Shown here: positions 14,441-23,679 of the stretch, piece after piece
How positions within the stretch are numbered: the first letter of the stretch is position 1
Layout: each line of letters opens with the position of its first letter
Virus record (IMG/VR): IMGVR_UViG_3300037473_000389
Coordinates: 429-64,428 of that record
Direction: 5' to 3' (one strand)
Origin: a virus
DNA: 64,000 nt
Notes under the pieces: generated by a model
Told to the model about the DNA's origin: nothing
What the model saw: only the letters and a program-made list of their open reading frames with translations
Database searches by the model: none
Made by a program: the position numbers and the translations under genes

Positions 14441-16183
14441 TTAAGGGGATGCCCTACCCTGTGTGTTCAGGGGGTCCTCGCCTGTGGCCTGCAGAGAAAC
14501 GATCGTCCTGAATGTTCCACGTTCTATCAGATCCTCGTGTTGGTTGACGAAGAACGTGCCGTTCCAGTTGGGAACGCCGAAGTCAATCCAGACCATGGCG
14601 AACGTATCGAAGCAGAAGTTGCCGATCATCTCGATGTCACCGACTATAGCTGAAGAATAGATGAGCTGGGATGGCTCGACCACTCCCTTTCTCCTGTCGG
14701 CCGTCGGCTGAGAGTGGAACTCCTCACGGGTAGGGGCGTTGTACCTTTTAATAAGGATGGCCTTCAGCTGTTCGTCGTTCACGACGTTGAAGTTGCAGCC
14801 GGTGATGAACGAGTTCGCCTTCAGCATCCTGATGTACGGGACGTTCTTGTCCTTCAGTTTCTGCCGGATCTGATCGGTCGTGAGCCGTTCTCCGCCCTTG
14901 ACACGATCGCTCTCCGTGAACCTCGTCACCTCGTCTCGGACGTCGGTCACGAAAAAATCGATCGTGTCCCCGTTGGCGATCGTCCTCACCCGAACATCCG
15001 GCATGGTGTAGTTCTCCACACCGAACCTGTCCACACGAGATTCGCTACGATCCCAGACCTCGTCGGATTGCATGAGGTGTGTGAAGACCGTCACGAAGTT
15101 TGTGACAGATATGGACGCGCCGGTCTGCACGATCTCCCTGAACTTTTCCTGCAGCCAGTCGACGGGAACTTCGAAATCTCCGATCGATGCTCCGTCTAGG
15201 GTCTTCGCGCCGAACCTCTTCACCGTCTTCCCGGCACGCTGGTTGAACGTACCCATCCAGAGATTGATGGTCTTGAACCCCATCTGTTGCAACGCGACCT
15301 GGAGCACTGGCGCGAAGAAACGATCCGAGAACTCCTGGAAGCTGACCGTGTCTCCGACTCCAGTGATGCGACTCGCCCGTTTGAGTTGTCGCAGTCTGTT
15401 CTGGAGCTGCCCGAAGATCCCCTTGGCTTCCTTCTGGTTGAAGACGATCGGACGTGCAATCTTGACACGGTTGTCCTTGTCACGTTCTTCCTGCTGGATC
15501 TCGTCATCGGCAGGAAGAGTGAGTCCGGCCAACGTGGCGGTCCTCAGGTGGAGGTCACCGTTCTCGACGGCCTGTGTGACGATCTCAAACTGCATGTCCG
15601 GACTGATCTTGAACGAATAATCGATCACGGTGAAGACTATCCGCTTCTTGGCCGGGATGGTCAAGCGTCGACCACCCGCATCGCTGTGGTACCCATCACC
15701 GTTCAAGAGGGGATGACGTCCAGAGCTCTGCCATCCATACTCGAGGACGTGCATCAGCCCGGGCGTGATGAGCGTGGACCAGCTGTCCCGGGTCGGGTCC
15801 GAATCGCCAAAGATCACGTCGGGACGATGAACCGTCCACGACATCTCGATCGTCTGGTTGGTAAAGGCTCCTCGGACAGAGTTTGTCTTGACGGACACCC
15901 TGTTGAGAGAGACGGGTGGGCGCTCCCTGAACTGGACATCGGCGGTGGCCCCAAACTTTGGGGGTTCCACCATGCGGATGCTCAACGGGTACCGTGGGGC
16001 GACCCCGGTCGAGTCGGGATGCACGGGCATCCCGTTGCCTGGCTTTACCTGCCAGATGCGGACATAGGGAACGGCAAGAGCCTTCTCGACCGAAGTGATC
16101 CCCTCGAGTAGACCGACGGCCTCTTGGTTGGAGGGGAAGTACGCCTTTTGTCCGGCGCTGAGCTGCCTGAAAGAGAGGGCCAT
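14441..16183 (-). CDS. Baseplate hub / tail-associated protein (gp27/gpD-like)
   Basis: Position after the LysM-like gene in the tail module; LEYGW and C-terminal GDIEMIGN...GTFFVNQHED motifs typical of hub proteins. Confidence 0.6.
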   Translation of the reverse strand: MALSFRQLSAGQKAYFPSNQEAVGLLEGITSVEKALAVPYVRIWQVKPGNGMPVHPDSTGVAPRYPLSIRMVEPPKFGATADVQFRERPPVSLNRVSVKTNSVRGAFTNQTIEMSWTVHRPDVIFGDSDPTRDSWSTLITPGLMHVLEYGWQSSGRHPLLNGDGYHSDAGGRRLTIPAKKRIVFTVIDYSFKISPDMQFEIVTQAVENGDLHLRTATLAGLTLPADDEIQQEERDKDNRVKIARPIVFNQKEAKGIFGQLQNRLRQLKRASRITGVGDTVSFQEFSDRFFAPVLQVALQQMGFKTINLWMGTFNQRAGKTVKRFGAKTLDGASIGDFEVPVDWLQEKFREIVQTGASISVTNFVTVFTHLMQSDEVWDRSESRVDRFGVENYTMPDVRVRTIANGDTIDFFVTDVRDEVTRFTESDRVKGGERLTTDQIRQKLKDKNVPYIRMLKANSFITGCNFNVVNDEQLKAILIKRYNAPTREEFHSQPTADRRKGVVEPSQLIYSSAIVGDIEMIGNFCFDTFAMVWIDFGVPNWNGTFFVNQHEDLIERGTFRTIVSLQATGEDPLNTQGRASP

Positions 16184-16184
16184 G

Positions 16185-16499
16185 TTACCTCAGGATTCTG
16201 TCGAGGACATCCTGTACGTTGTGCGGGATCTTCAAGATTCTCCCGGGAACAAGACCTCCGGAAGAGAATGGATAGGCGATGTTGTTCACGATGCAGATCA
16301 CCCACCAGTATCCCTCGTCGTTGAAGAACCTTGCGGCGAGATGGTCGATCCTGTCCCCGAGCTTGTACTCGTAGTCAAGGGTCTTGATCCCCTGCAAGAG
16401 ATCGATCTCCTTGAAGCCAGCCGCCTGCACCGGGAGCCTGAACGTTCCATAGTACTTCCCGTCGATTATCTCGGTGTTGGAATATCTGCTACGAGCCAT
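16185..16499 (-). CDS. LysM-like baseplate protein (gpX/gp53-like)
   Basis: YEYKLGDRIDHLAARFFNDEGYWWVICIVNNI...PGRILKIP. Confidence 0.85.
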   Translation of the reverse strand: MARSRYSNTEIIDGKYYGTFRLPVQAAGFKEIDLLQGIKTLDYEYKLGDRIDHLAARFFNDEGYWWVICIVNNIAYPFSSGGLVPGRILKIPHNVQDVLDRILR

Positions 16500-16507
16500 C
16501 TCTCACC

Positions 16508-18709
16508 TCAGGCGGTTGGGTCATAATCATCTATGTCATCGACGTACGCTCGGAAATCTCCCGGACCGAGGACCTCGGGACCCTCTTTCGTGGAGTCCGC
16601 CCGAGATCTGACGACCTGCGGGGGCTGGAAGATCCCGTTCTGGTCGATCGTCCCGAGCCCGCCGAACTTGCCATCGTTGCCCCTGCCGATCGGTGTGTCG
16701 TGAAGCACGGTGAAACCAAGCGAGACACGATAGCCCATGGGCACCTTGTTCCCTTTCTTCAGCTCCCAGACCTGCTCAGAGTACTCGAAGTCCAGCTGAT
16801 CGATCACCCCCGCGAGGCCGCCCACATTAGTAGAGCTGATGAGGTCACCGATCCTGAGCCTCACGACGGGTCCTGACTTGAAGGCAAGATCCTTGTCGTA
16901 CTCCGGATACACCATGGACGTGAGCCAGGTCAGCTTTTGGTAGATGACCTGCAGGTCTTCCGGGGCGAAGGCGTGGACGATGAAGCCCAATGAGATCTGG
17001 CGGCCCGTCCCCGCGTAGCCGACGACCGGATCGGTCCGTCCGAAGCCGGAGCTACGGATCCATTCGGGAGTGAAAGACTCGCCGAGGTTGGTGATGAACG
17101 GCCTGAAGTAGACCGTCCGAACTTTCCCGGCGCCGTACGGCCTGATGTCTGTGAAGCTCATCGGGACGTAGGCCTCGTCGTCATCCACGATGCTCGACGG
17201 GTCCTGGTTGGAACCGCGCTGGATGAAGCCCTTTTGCTCGTTCTTGAAACCAGCCGGGACGACTCCATCGGTGAACGCGCTCTTACGAAGCGGATCCACA
17301 TCACGTAGTCCCCGGGTCTCCGCGAGGTTCGGTGTCGGGCGGTATTCGATCGGGGTCTGGCTCATCAACGTGACGGGTGTCCGCGAGAAGAGCCGGGATA
17401 TCCTGACCCTGTTCAGCCCTGTCGCCTGGTCCTTCTCGAGGAGATCGGAGTCACTTCCCTGGCCGTCCAGGATGGAATCCACCAGCCCGCCGATCGTCAC
17501 CTCGGGGTTCTCGCTGTACACGATGTCGGGGTTGTGGATGTTCCTCTCTTCCATGCCCGCCTGCAGTAGCGGCGTGCCCGGGATGTGCGGACCGTAGTAC
17601 GGGTTGTCCACGAGGGCGCTGTCCTGCGAGGCCGCGCCGATCAGCCGTGCGCCGATCGTGGCCAGGCCCTGCGGCCCAGTGGAACCGCCGTTCACGACGG
17701 TGGCGGCGAACGGAGGGTAGGGAAGGGCGAGGACTTCCTCGCGAATTCCCTTGGCGAGAGCGAGATGCCTGTCGACGAACTTCTCGTTGTTCTCGTAGAA
17801 CTTCTCTCCTCCAAGGCCACCAGGAAGAAGATCGTTCGGAGAGGACCCGCCGGTCATCACGTCTATGGCGGCCGGAACGAAGAGCTCGGTCCCAGGAACG
17901 GGAGCGACGGTGAGCGGGTTCCAGATCCTGCCGTGCCAGTTCAAGGCGAAGAGGCCCGTCTGCAACGCTCCAAACTCGGCCAATTTGGCCGCGGAGAGCT
18001 GTGTTCCGATCCTGACCAGCTGTTTCGCGTAGAGGTCAGGATTCCAGGCCTGCGTCCCTGGGCCGCCACCGGAGAAGCTGAAGTGTCCGTCGGGACCGTC
18101 CACCTGACGTAGGAAGTCGGCGACCACCCCGTCGATCTGATCGAGCCTGTCCTGTGGGTTGTGGAAGTGCTGGCCGAACCCGCCCGCGAACTGTCGATCG
18201 AGGGGAGGCATGGGAGTCACTCCCGGCGGTGAGCTCGTCGGGGTCTCAGGCATCACCCCCGGATCCTGACTTGGAGTCGGATGCATCGGGTAGAATGGGT
18301 TCGTCGGCAGGGAAGGCTGCGGAGGCGAGACGACCGTCGGGACGATGGGCGGCGCGGGCTGAAAGGGGATCGGTGCGATCGTAGTCAGCGGCGGGGCCGG
18401 TTCGAACGGGATGTCCCGTGGGATCCCTGGAAACTGCGATGGTTGGGCCGGAGAGACCCTCATCGGAGTGGTCCCCGGCGCGGGCTGCAGCGGAGTCTGG
18501 TCAGGGATCCCGGGATCCTGCGACGGCTCGCGGGGCGCGACGTTCGTCAGGCGGATCCCGTCCTTCTCGGGATCGACTCCAAACTCGAGAAAGTCCTTCC
18601 CTGGCTTCGGAAAGTTGTGGCCATCCGTGAAGATGTCGTTCGAGGTGTCAGGGTGCAGGGTCCTGAACCGGATGAACTGCCCAATCTGGATCTTTACGTC
18701 ATCGGCCAT
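16508..18709 (-). CDS. Tail tube initiator/baseplate protein with a Pro-rich N-terminal region
   Basis: C-terminal FITNLGESFTPEW..GRTDPVVGYAGTGRQISLGF..KLTWLTSMVYPEY..PVVRLRIGDL. Confidence 0.7.
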   Translation of the reverse strand: MADDVKIQIGQFIRFRTLHPDTSNDIFTDGHNFPKPGKDFLEFGVDPEKDGIRLTNVAPREPSQDPGIPDQTPLQPAPGTTPMRVSPAQPSQFPGIPRDIPFEPAPPLTTIAPIPFQPAPPIVPTVVSPPQPSLPTNPFYPMHPTPSQDPGVMPETPTSSPPGVTPMPPLDRQFAGGFGQHFHNPQDRLDQIDGVVADFLRQVDGPDGHFSFSGGGPGTQAWNPDLYAKQLVRIGTQLSAAKLAEFGALQTGLFALNWHGRIWNPLTVAPVPGTELFVPAAIDVMTGGSSPNDLLPGGLGGEKFYENNEKFVDRHLALAKGIREEVLALPYPPFAATVVNGGSTGPQGLATIGARLIGAASQDSALVDNPYYGPHIPGTPLLQAGMEERNIHNPDIVYSENPEVTIGGLVDSILDGQGSDSDLLEKDQATGLNRVRISRLFSRTPVTLMSQTPIEYRPTPNLAETRGLRDVDPLRKSAFTDGVVPAGFKNEQKGFIQRGSNQDPSSIVDDDEAYVPMSFTDIRPYGAGKVRTVYFRPFITNLGESFTPEWIRSSGFGRTDPVVGYAGTGRQISLGFIVHAFAPEDLQVIYQKLTWLTSMVYPEYDKDLAFKSGPVVRLRIGDLISSTNVGGLAGVIDQLDFEYSEQVWELKKGNKVPMGYRVSLGFTVLHDTPIGRGNDGKFGGLGTIDQNGIFQPPQVVRSRADSTKEGPEVLGPGDFRAYVDDIDDYDPTA
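18200..18560 (-). repeat. Degenerate Pro-rich peptide repeats (PSQDPGIP / PSQFPGIP / PSQDPGVM; QPAP)
   Basis: Seen in the translation of 16508..18709; boundaries approximate. Confidence 0.7.
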
Positions 18710-21528
18710 CAGTAGCTATCCACCATGAGACGACGGGCGAGCTGACGGCCGACCTTCACGCCATCGAGCACCACGTCTCCACCTTCGATCACGATCACCT
18801 TCTGCTCGCCCCCGCCGCCCTTCACGGCGTAGTTCACCAGCTTCTGCGCGCTCTCTCCACCGTACTTAGTGGCGTTCCTGACCCCGCGGCCGCGGGCCAT
18901 GGCCCTCAACGGGATGACGGCCTCTGGACCGTTCTCTCCGATGAGGGCACGGGTCGGGGAGTTCACGATCCCACCGGCGGCCATCGGATACAGGGTCTTG
19001 CTGATCCGGGCCGCGTCGGATTGGAACTCTCCGGGCGCGTTCGACAGCATCTTCAGCGCCGCGCGCTGGTTGTCACCGCCGAGGCCGAGCTTCTGGGCGG
19101 CCTCGATGGCGTTCTTGTACTGCTCGGTTCGCATGAGCTTTTCCAGGTCGTCGAGCGCCTCACGCTGGGCCAGCTCCTTCTTCCTCTGCTCAAGAAGCTT
19201 CAGGTTCGCCTGCTGCAGATCGAAGTCTGTCTGGCGCTTCTTTTTCTCGAGCTCACCGATGTGGGATGCGAGCTCGACGATCTGCTTGTCGTACGCGGCG
19301 GTGGCCCTGATGCCCTCGTCGGTCTTCCCGCCCAGGCCCCGAGCCGAACCCTCGCGGAGGCTCCTGAGGTTCTGGAGATCTTTCTTGGCCTTGTCGAGCT
19401 CCGCGGTCGCCGCCTCTGCGTGGACCTGCTCGAAGGACTTCTTCTTCCGCTCCTCGAGGCGCTTCTGCTCCTCGTCGAGCTTCTCGTTCATCTTCTTGAT
19501 GGCGTACCCGCTGGCGTCACGGATCTGGTCGATCATCTCCCCGACCAGCTCACCACCCTTCTTGCCGAGCCACCCACCGACCGCCGCACCGAGCGGTCCA
19601 GCCACGGCACCGCCGAGGGCGGTTCCGATCGCCATGCCGACTCCCTGGGAGACGGTCATCTCTCCGGAAAGGACGCCTACAAGCCCAGCGGCGGCTCCAC
19701 CGAGGCCCGCGGTGAGCCCCGAGGCAAGCATGGACCTTCCACCCCTGGCCGAAGACAGGAACCTCCCGAAGCCCCTGCCGGATCCGACGGAACCGGCGGC
19801 GACATCGGCTCCCCCCTCGGTCCCCACGCCGATGCCCCTGTCCGAGAGCATCCCGAGGGTGTTGGCCCGAGTCTCGAAGAGCGTCTTCCGAAGGGCGACC
19901 AAGTTGTTCACACTGGACGCGATGCTCCCCACGCCCTGCATGACCTTGAAGCCGGCCCACACGGCGATGACCCTCTTCGACCAGGTCCACGCAGACTTGA
20001 ACAGCTCGACGACCCTATCGATCGTCTTCTGGATCCGATCGGGGGCGAGCTGTTTGCCGATCCAGAGGGCGACACGCTTCACGCCGTCGGCCATCCGACC
20101 GAGGAAGTCTTGGAACTGCTTGTTCTTCCCGAGGGCGTTGAAGAAGCCGATCACGCGGGTCGTGATGCTCTCCATCACCTCGGAAAACGAGTGGAAATCC
20201 TTGTCTCCCCTTCCGGCGAGACCGATGAGCTTCAGGAACGGACGGATGGCGTTAGCGATGGCGACCGTGATCCGATCAGCGGCGAGGCTGAACGAGTACA
20301 TCGTCAGGGCCGTCTTGTTCATCGCGTCCTTCACACGACGCTCGACGTCGATGGACTTCTGCTTCTGCTTCTGGTAGGCCTCAAACGTCTGGCCAGACTT
20401 GAGCATCGCGTTGGTCTCGTCGACCGTCAACCCGATCGTCTCAGAGATGAGCTTGATCTCCTGGGGCATCAGATTCTTGACATCCTTGCCCTGGGCGATG
20501 AGCTGCTGGCGGACCATCTCGAAACGCTTGGCGGGGTTCTGCTCGAGCATCAGATCTAGGGAGTTGATCACCGTACCGAACGTAGTGTTCAACCGGGCGG
20601 CGGCCTTCGTGGCTCCCTCGAACGTGTCGGTGAGATCGTAGAAACCTTCGAGACTCTTGAGGCTGACGCCCAGCCGACGGACATACGCGGCGGACTCGAC
20701 GAAGACCTTCTGGCCGGCCTTCCCGAAGCGGAGGAGAAACTCACGTGAGTGGACGATCTCTTGGCTGAACTGCCCGAGGTTCAGGCCCGCCTTGTCCGCC
20801 TGGTCGGCGATCGTTCCCCAGAACTGTTTCTGGTCGGACGCCGTCTCGGAGAGGTTCTCCATGGAACGGACCATCTGCCCGACCTGCTCGGCGCTCAACC
20901 CGAAGGTCCGTCCCACCTTGAGACTGAAAATCGCGAGCGACTTGTCGCTGTCCTGGAGGGCTCGCTGGATCCCCTCGGCGAACTCGGCGACCATGGGAAT
21001 GCCCTGCCCGAACTGTCCGGTGAGGGCGTGCATCGTGCCCTCCCACTGCCTGGCGATCTTTGACGCGGCGGCCATCTGGTGACTTGCCGCGCCCATCCTC
21101 GTTCGGAACTCGCCCATGGCCCGAGTCCAGCGCTCGGTGTACTCGTAGACACGCTTGATCCCGGCCTCGAGCTTGTCGATGCCAGAGCTGGCGAGGTTCG
21201 TCCAGGCCTTGATGATCTTCTTTCCGAGCTGGTCGAAGGCGCGAGAGAGCTTCTCGGTGACGACCTTGGCGAGTACGTTGGCGGACGACGACGCCTTCTC
21301 GAACTGCATCGTCAGCTTGCTGAGCTTCTTGGACTCCTCCGCCGTGCGTTCCGTCTTTGAGGCGAGCTTGTCGATCTGGTTGGCGAGATCCTCCGAGGTC
21401 TTGACGGCCTCCCTGAAGGAGCCCTCGAGTGTGGAGACCTTTCCGGTCGCACGATCCAGGGCGTTCGCGAAGTCGACGACCCGTCTCCTCGCGTCCCGTA
21501 GTTCCTTCTCTCCTGGGATATCAGCCAT
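18709..21528 (-). CDS. Tape measure protein
   Basis: 939 aa, helical, Gly/Ala-rich hydrophobic stretch, C-terminal AAGGIVNSPTRALIGENGPEAVIPL, directly after the chaperone genes. Confidence 0.85.
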   Translation of the reverse strand: MADIPGEKELRDARRRVVDFANALDRATGKVSTLEGSFREAVKTSEDLANQIDKLASKTERTAEESKKLSKLTMQFEKASSSANVLAKVVTEKLSRAFDQLGKKIIKAWTNLASSGIDKLEAGIKRVYEYTERWTRAMGEFRTRMGAASHQMAAASKIARQWEGTMHALTGQFGQGIPMVAEFAEGIQRALQDSDKSLAIFSLKVGRTFGLSAEQVGQMVRSMENLSETASDQKQFWGTIADQADKAGLNLGQFSQEIVHSREFLLRFGKAGQKVFVESAAYVRRLGVSLKSLEGFYDLTDTFEGATKAAARLNTTFGTVINSLDLMLEQNPAKRFEMVRQQLIAQGKDVKNLMPQEIKLISETIGLTVDETNAMLKSGQTFEAYQKQKQKSIDVERRVKDAMNKTALTMYSFSLAADRITVAIANAIRPFLKLIGLAGRGDKDFHSFSEVMESITTRVIGFFNALGKNKQFQDFLGRMADGVKRVALWIGKQLAPDRIQKTIDRVVELFKSAWTWSKRVIAVWAGFKVMQGVGSIASSVNNLVALRKTLFETRANTLGMLSDRGIGVGTEGGADVAAGSVGSGRGFGRFLSSARGGRSMLASGLTAGLGGAAAGLVGVLSGEMTVSQGVGMAIGTALGGAVAGPLGAAVGGWLGKKGGELVGEMIDQIRDASGYAIKKMNEKLDEEQKRLEERKKKSFEQVHAEAATAELDKAKKDLQNLRSLREGSARGLGGKTDEGIRATAAYDKQIVELASHIGELEKKKRQTDFDLQQANLKLLEQRKKELAQREALDDLEKLMRTEQYKNAIEAAQKLGLGGDNQRAALKMLSNAPGEFQSDAARISKTLYPMAAGGIVNSPTRALIGENGPEAVIPLRAMARGRGVRNATKYGGESAQKLVNYAVKGGGGEQKVIVIEGGDVVLDGVKVGRQLARRLMVDSY

Positions 21529-21534
21529 CTAACC

Positions 21535-21753
21535 TCACCCCGGGTGGTATCGACCGTGTGGGTCGGTGTGTCCCGGTCTCCTGTTGCCCTTCTCCTTCTC
21601 CTCGTTCTCCTTCTTCGTCCGCTTGATCCACCACTTCCGGTACTCTACCGGGACGGCCCAAGCCTCGCTGTAGCTCAGACCGGTGTAGGTGACGAGCTGG
21701 AAGATCTCCTCGAGGATGTACTCCTTCGCCTCTCCGGGATCAGGCCCTAGGCC
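21535..21753 (-). CDS. Startless 72-codon ORF: frameshift extension of the tail assembly chaperone
   Basis: GLGPDPGEAKEYILEEIFQLVTYTGLSYSEAWAVPVEYRKWWIKRTKKENEEKEK...PG*; no ATG/GTG/TTG in frame; in-frame TAG a few codons upstream. Confidence 0.75.
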   Translation of the reverse strand, partial: GLGPDPGEAKEYILEEIFQLVTYTGLSYSEAWAVPVEYRKWWIKRTKKENEEKEKGNRRPGHTDPHGRYHPG

Positions 21754-22570
21754 AAAAGAACTCCGTGCCTACCGGCACGTCCACCTCCGACCTGTCGCCA
21801 CAGCTTGGGCACTCGAAAGCCTGGACCATCTCGACCCCACAGCTGATCTTCTCCATGTAATTTCTCAGGGCCAGGGAGTCTCTTGCCGGGAGGGTGGTGA
21901 TGATCCGCTTGATCTTCTGGCGATCCGTCTCTTCTCCAACGGAGGCCACGTGGTGGAAGAGCCTCGTGGTCACGTTGGACTCGGCCACGGGACCGAGAGC
22001 CTTGCGTTGACCGAGTTGTTCCGCCTCGACCTCACGTTCCGAGAGACCCGTCGGCAACGAGAAGACGACGGTCTTCTTGCTGACTGGCAGGACGAACGAG
22101 AACGCGTTCTGCCCCACGGCGACAGGATCGACATCAAGACGCTTGACGGGGAACTTGCTGATGTCGACCTCGGTGGAGGCCTCCTGATCGCAGGACGGAC
22201 AGCCCAGCTTCACCTTGTACTCGGGACCGTATCCCGTGATGCGGATCGCGCTGAGGATGGCGTTACGATCTCCCGAGAGCAGCATGTCAGGATCGACGCT
22301 CTTCTCGACGAGACAGCTCTTGATCAGGACCGACATGACACGACCCGTCTTGAGAAGGGCACGAGACGTGAGGATGTCCTCCTCACGGGCGGTCATGGAG
22401 CGGATCTCGACGGTCTCCGCTCCGTGGAACGGGTGATCGACCGGGTAGCAGACTCCCCTCGAAGGGAGGGGGACAAGCTCTGTCGGTGGGACGTAGCCAG
22501 TCTCGCCAGGCTGCGGGTTCGCGCTGGCTGGGACCTGCGGGGGGTTCGTGAGGTTGATCCTCTCGGACAT
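21740..22570 (-). CDS. Tail assembly chaperone / baseplate hub assembly protein (gp26-like)
   Basis: PTELVPLPSRG..Y, EIRSMTAREEDILTS, two CPSC motifs, ends FFWPRA. Confidence 0.8.
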   Translation of the reverse strand: MSERINLTNPPQVPASANPQPGETGYVPPTELVPLPSRGVCYPVDHPFHGAETVEIRSMTAREEDILTSRALLKTGRVMSVLIKSCLVEKSVDPDMLLSGDRNAILSAIRITGYGPEYKVKLGCPSCDQEASTEVDISKFPVKRLDVDPVAVGQNAFSFVLPVSKKTVVFSLPTGLSEREVEAEQLGQRKALGPVAESNVTTRLFHHVASVGEETDRQKIKRIITTLPARDSLALRNYMEKISCGVEMVQAFECPSCGDRSEVDVPVGTEFFWPRA

Positions 22571-22598
22571 AGAGACTCCTTGGGTAGAAAATTCCTAC

Positions 22599-22605
22599 CT
22601 AAGTA
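22599..22605 (-). promoter_or_regulatory. TACTTAG putative late promoter
   Basis: Intergenic, upstream of the AAGGAG SD and ATG at 22570. Confidence 0.6.
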
Positions 22606-22631
22606 GAATCTATGGGTGGTTTTCGTAGAGG

Positions 22632-23183
22632 CTAGACGACGAGAGAGATGTCGGACTGGACCTCATTGCCCCAGACGTGCCAGCCGGAAGCGGGTCGACG
22701 ACAGAACAGTTCGAGATAGGGTCCCCGGGAGACGTGCTGGATGACGCTCCGAACCTCTGCGGGCTTCTCGGAGTGGCGCCCACGTGGGGCGTGGATGACC
22801 GACCTGGCCTGGCATTTCTTGCCCCTCGAGTCCCTCTTGTACCCAGGGTTGCCTCGGACACCGAAGAGAAGAAGCTCGTGGTCTGTCCTGAAGTACTGGC
22901 CCATCCCGTAGCCTGTCGTCTTGTCCCAGCAGAGGTTCGTGACGTACCGGAAACCCCACGCCTCCATGACCCGTAGGGCATCCGGAAGCATCCCGTTCAC
23001 GGCCCAGAGGTAGAGGTGGGAGTCCGGCAACGCCAGGTCCTGGACCGGCATCGACATGATCTCAGGTGTCTTGAGAAGCGGGTAGTGGACGTCCGGAGAG
23101 ACGCTCTTGCTGAACCCTGACTTGCCGTTCTTCCCTCCGGAGAGTTTCCACGGAGGATCGGCGTAGATCGTCCCGTATTGCAA
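22632..23183 (-). CDS. MT-A70 family adenine methyltransferase
   Basis: IYADPPW, HLYLWAVN, AWGFRY, WDK, GMGQYFR..ELLLFG, HSEKP; likely TTG start at 23183 after AAGGAAAG (the track start at 23237 lies inside a tRNA-like element). Confidence 0.9.
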   Translation of the reverse strand: MQYGTIYADPPWKLSGGKNGKSGFSKSVSPDVHYPLLKTPEIMSMPVQDLALPDSHLYLWAVNGMLPDALRVMEAWGFRYVTNLCWDKTTGYGMGQYFRTDHELLLFGVRGNPGYKRDSRGKKCQARSVIHAPRGRHSEKPAEVRSVIQHVSRGPYLELFCRRPASGWHVWGNEVQSDISLVV

Positions 23184-23207
23184 CGTGACTTTCCTTTCTT
23201 GTTGGCG

Positions 23208-23281
23208 CGCGGCCGGAAGGAATCGAACCTCCGACATCCTGGGTCATTACGCCAGGACCTCTGCCACTGAGGTACGGCCGC
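23208..23281 (-). ncRNA. tRNA-like cloverleaf with a 9-nt anticodon loop CGUAAUGAC (Thr-CGU-like)
   Basis: GCGGCCG/CGGCCGC acceptor; CCTC/GAGG D stem; CCTGG/CCAGG stem; GGAGG-TTCGATT-CCTTC T arm. Confidence 0.8.
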
Positions 23282-23282
23282 T

Positions 23283-23380
23283 TGGTCGAGAGAGATGGAT
23301 TTGAACCACCGACCTCCGAGACTTATGCCCGGCGCTCCTTCCCGGTGATCAGACCGGTTCTCCTCTGAGCTATCTTCTCG
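23283..23380 (-). ncRNA. tRNA-like RNA with encoded CCA, a hairpin inserted in the D loop, and loop CAUAAGU (Met-CAU-like)
   Basis: Acceptor with one bulge; GCTC/GAGC enclosing CCGGT-CTGATC-ACCGG; CCGGG/CTCGG stem; GGTGG-TTCAAAT-CCATC; ACCA end. Confidence 0.7.
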
Positions 23381-23381
23381 G

Positions 23382-23455
23382 AGATCTCGGAGGGATTCGA
23401 ACCCTCATCCTGCCACTTCATTACGGTGGATGCTCCGCCATTGAGCTACGAGACC
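23382..23455 (-). ncRNA. tRNA-like cloverleaf with a 9-nt anticodon loop CGUAAUGAA (Thr-CGU-like)
   Basis: GGTCTCG/CGAGATC acceptor; GCTC/GAGC; CCAC/GTGG; GAGGG-TTCGAAT-CCCTC. Confidence 0.8.
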
Positions 23456-23461
23456 ATTCGG

Positions 23462-23530
23462 CGCCACGGGGTGGATTCGAACCACCGACTCCCCCGATCG
23501 AAGGGAGACGTCACCATCTTGACCCAAGGC
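23462..23530 (-). ncRNA. Degenerate tRNA-like element, loop UUCGAUC
   Basis: Perfect GGTGG-TTCGAAT-CCACC T arm; acceptor with a U-U mismatch; short D arm; TCTCCC/GGGGGA stem. Confidence 0.65.
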
Positions 23531-23531
23531 A

Positions 23532-23607
23532 TGGTGGGAAAGGGAGATTCTGAGCCTCCGACCCTCGTCTTAAAAGACGTCGCTCTGCAGATCTGAGCTA
23601 CTTCCCC
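23532..23607 (-). ncRNA. tRNA-Lys(UUU)-like element with a 6-nt loop UUUUAA, altered T loop and encoded CCA
   Basis: GGGGAAG/CTTTCCC-A-CCA; GCTC/GAGC; CGTC/GACG; T loop CTCAGAA. Confidence 0.7.
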
Positions 23608-23608
23608 A

Positions 23609-23671
23609 TGGCGCTGTCTCCCCGTCATCTTTCGTAACCGCTAACGGAGTACTCGACCCGTAAGAGACAGC
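23609..23671 (-). ncRNA. 63-nt RNA with an acceptor-like stem and G-CCA end but no cloverleaf
   Basis: GCTGTCTC...GAGACAGC-G-CCA 8-bp stem; interior has ACGG/CCGT and a GAAA-capped hairpin. Confidence 0.5.
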
Positions 23672-23679
23672 ATAACCTG

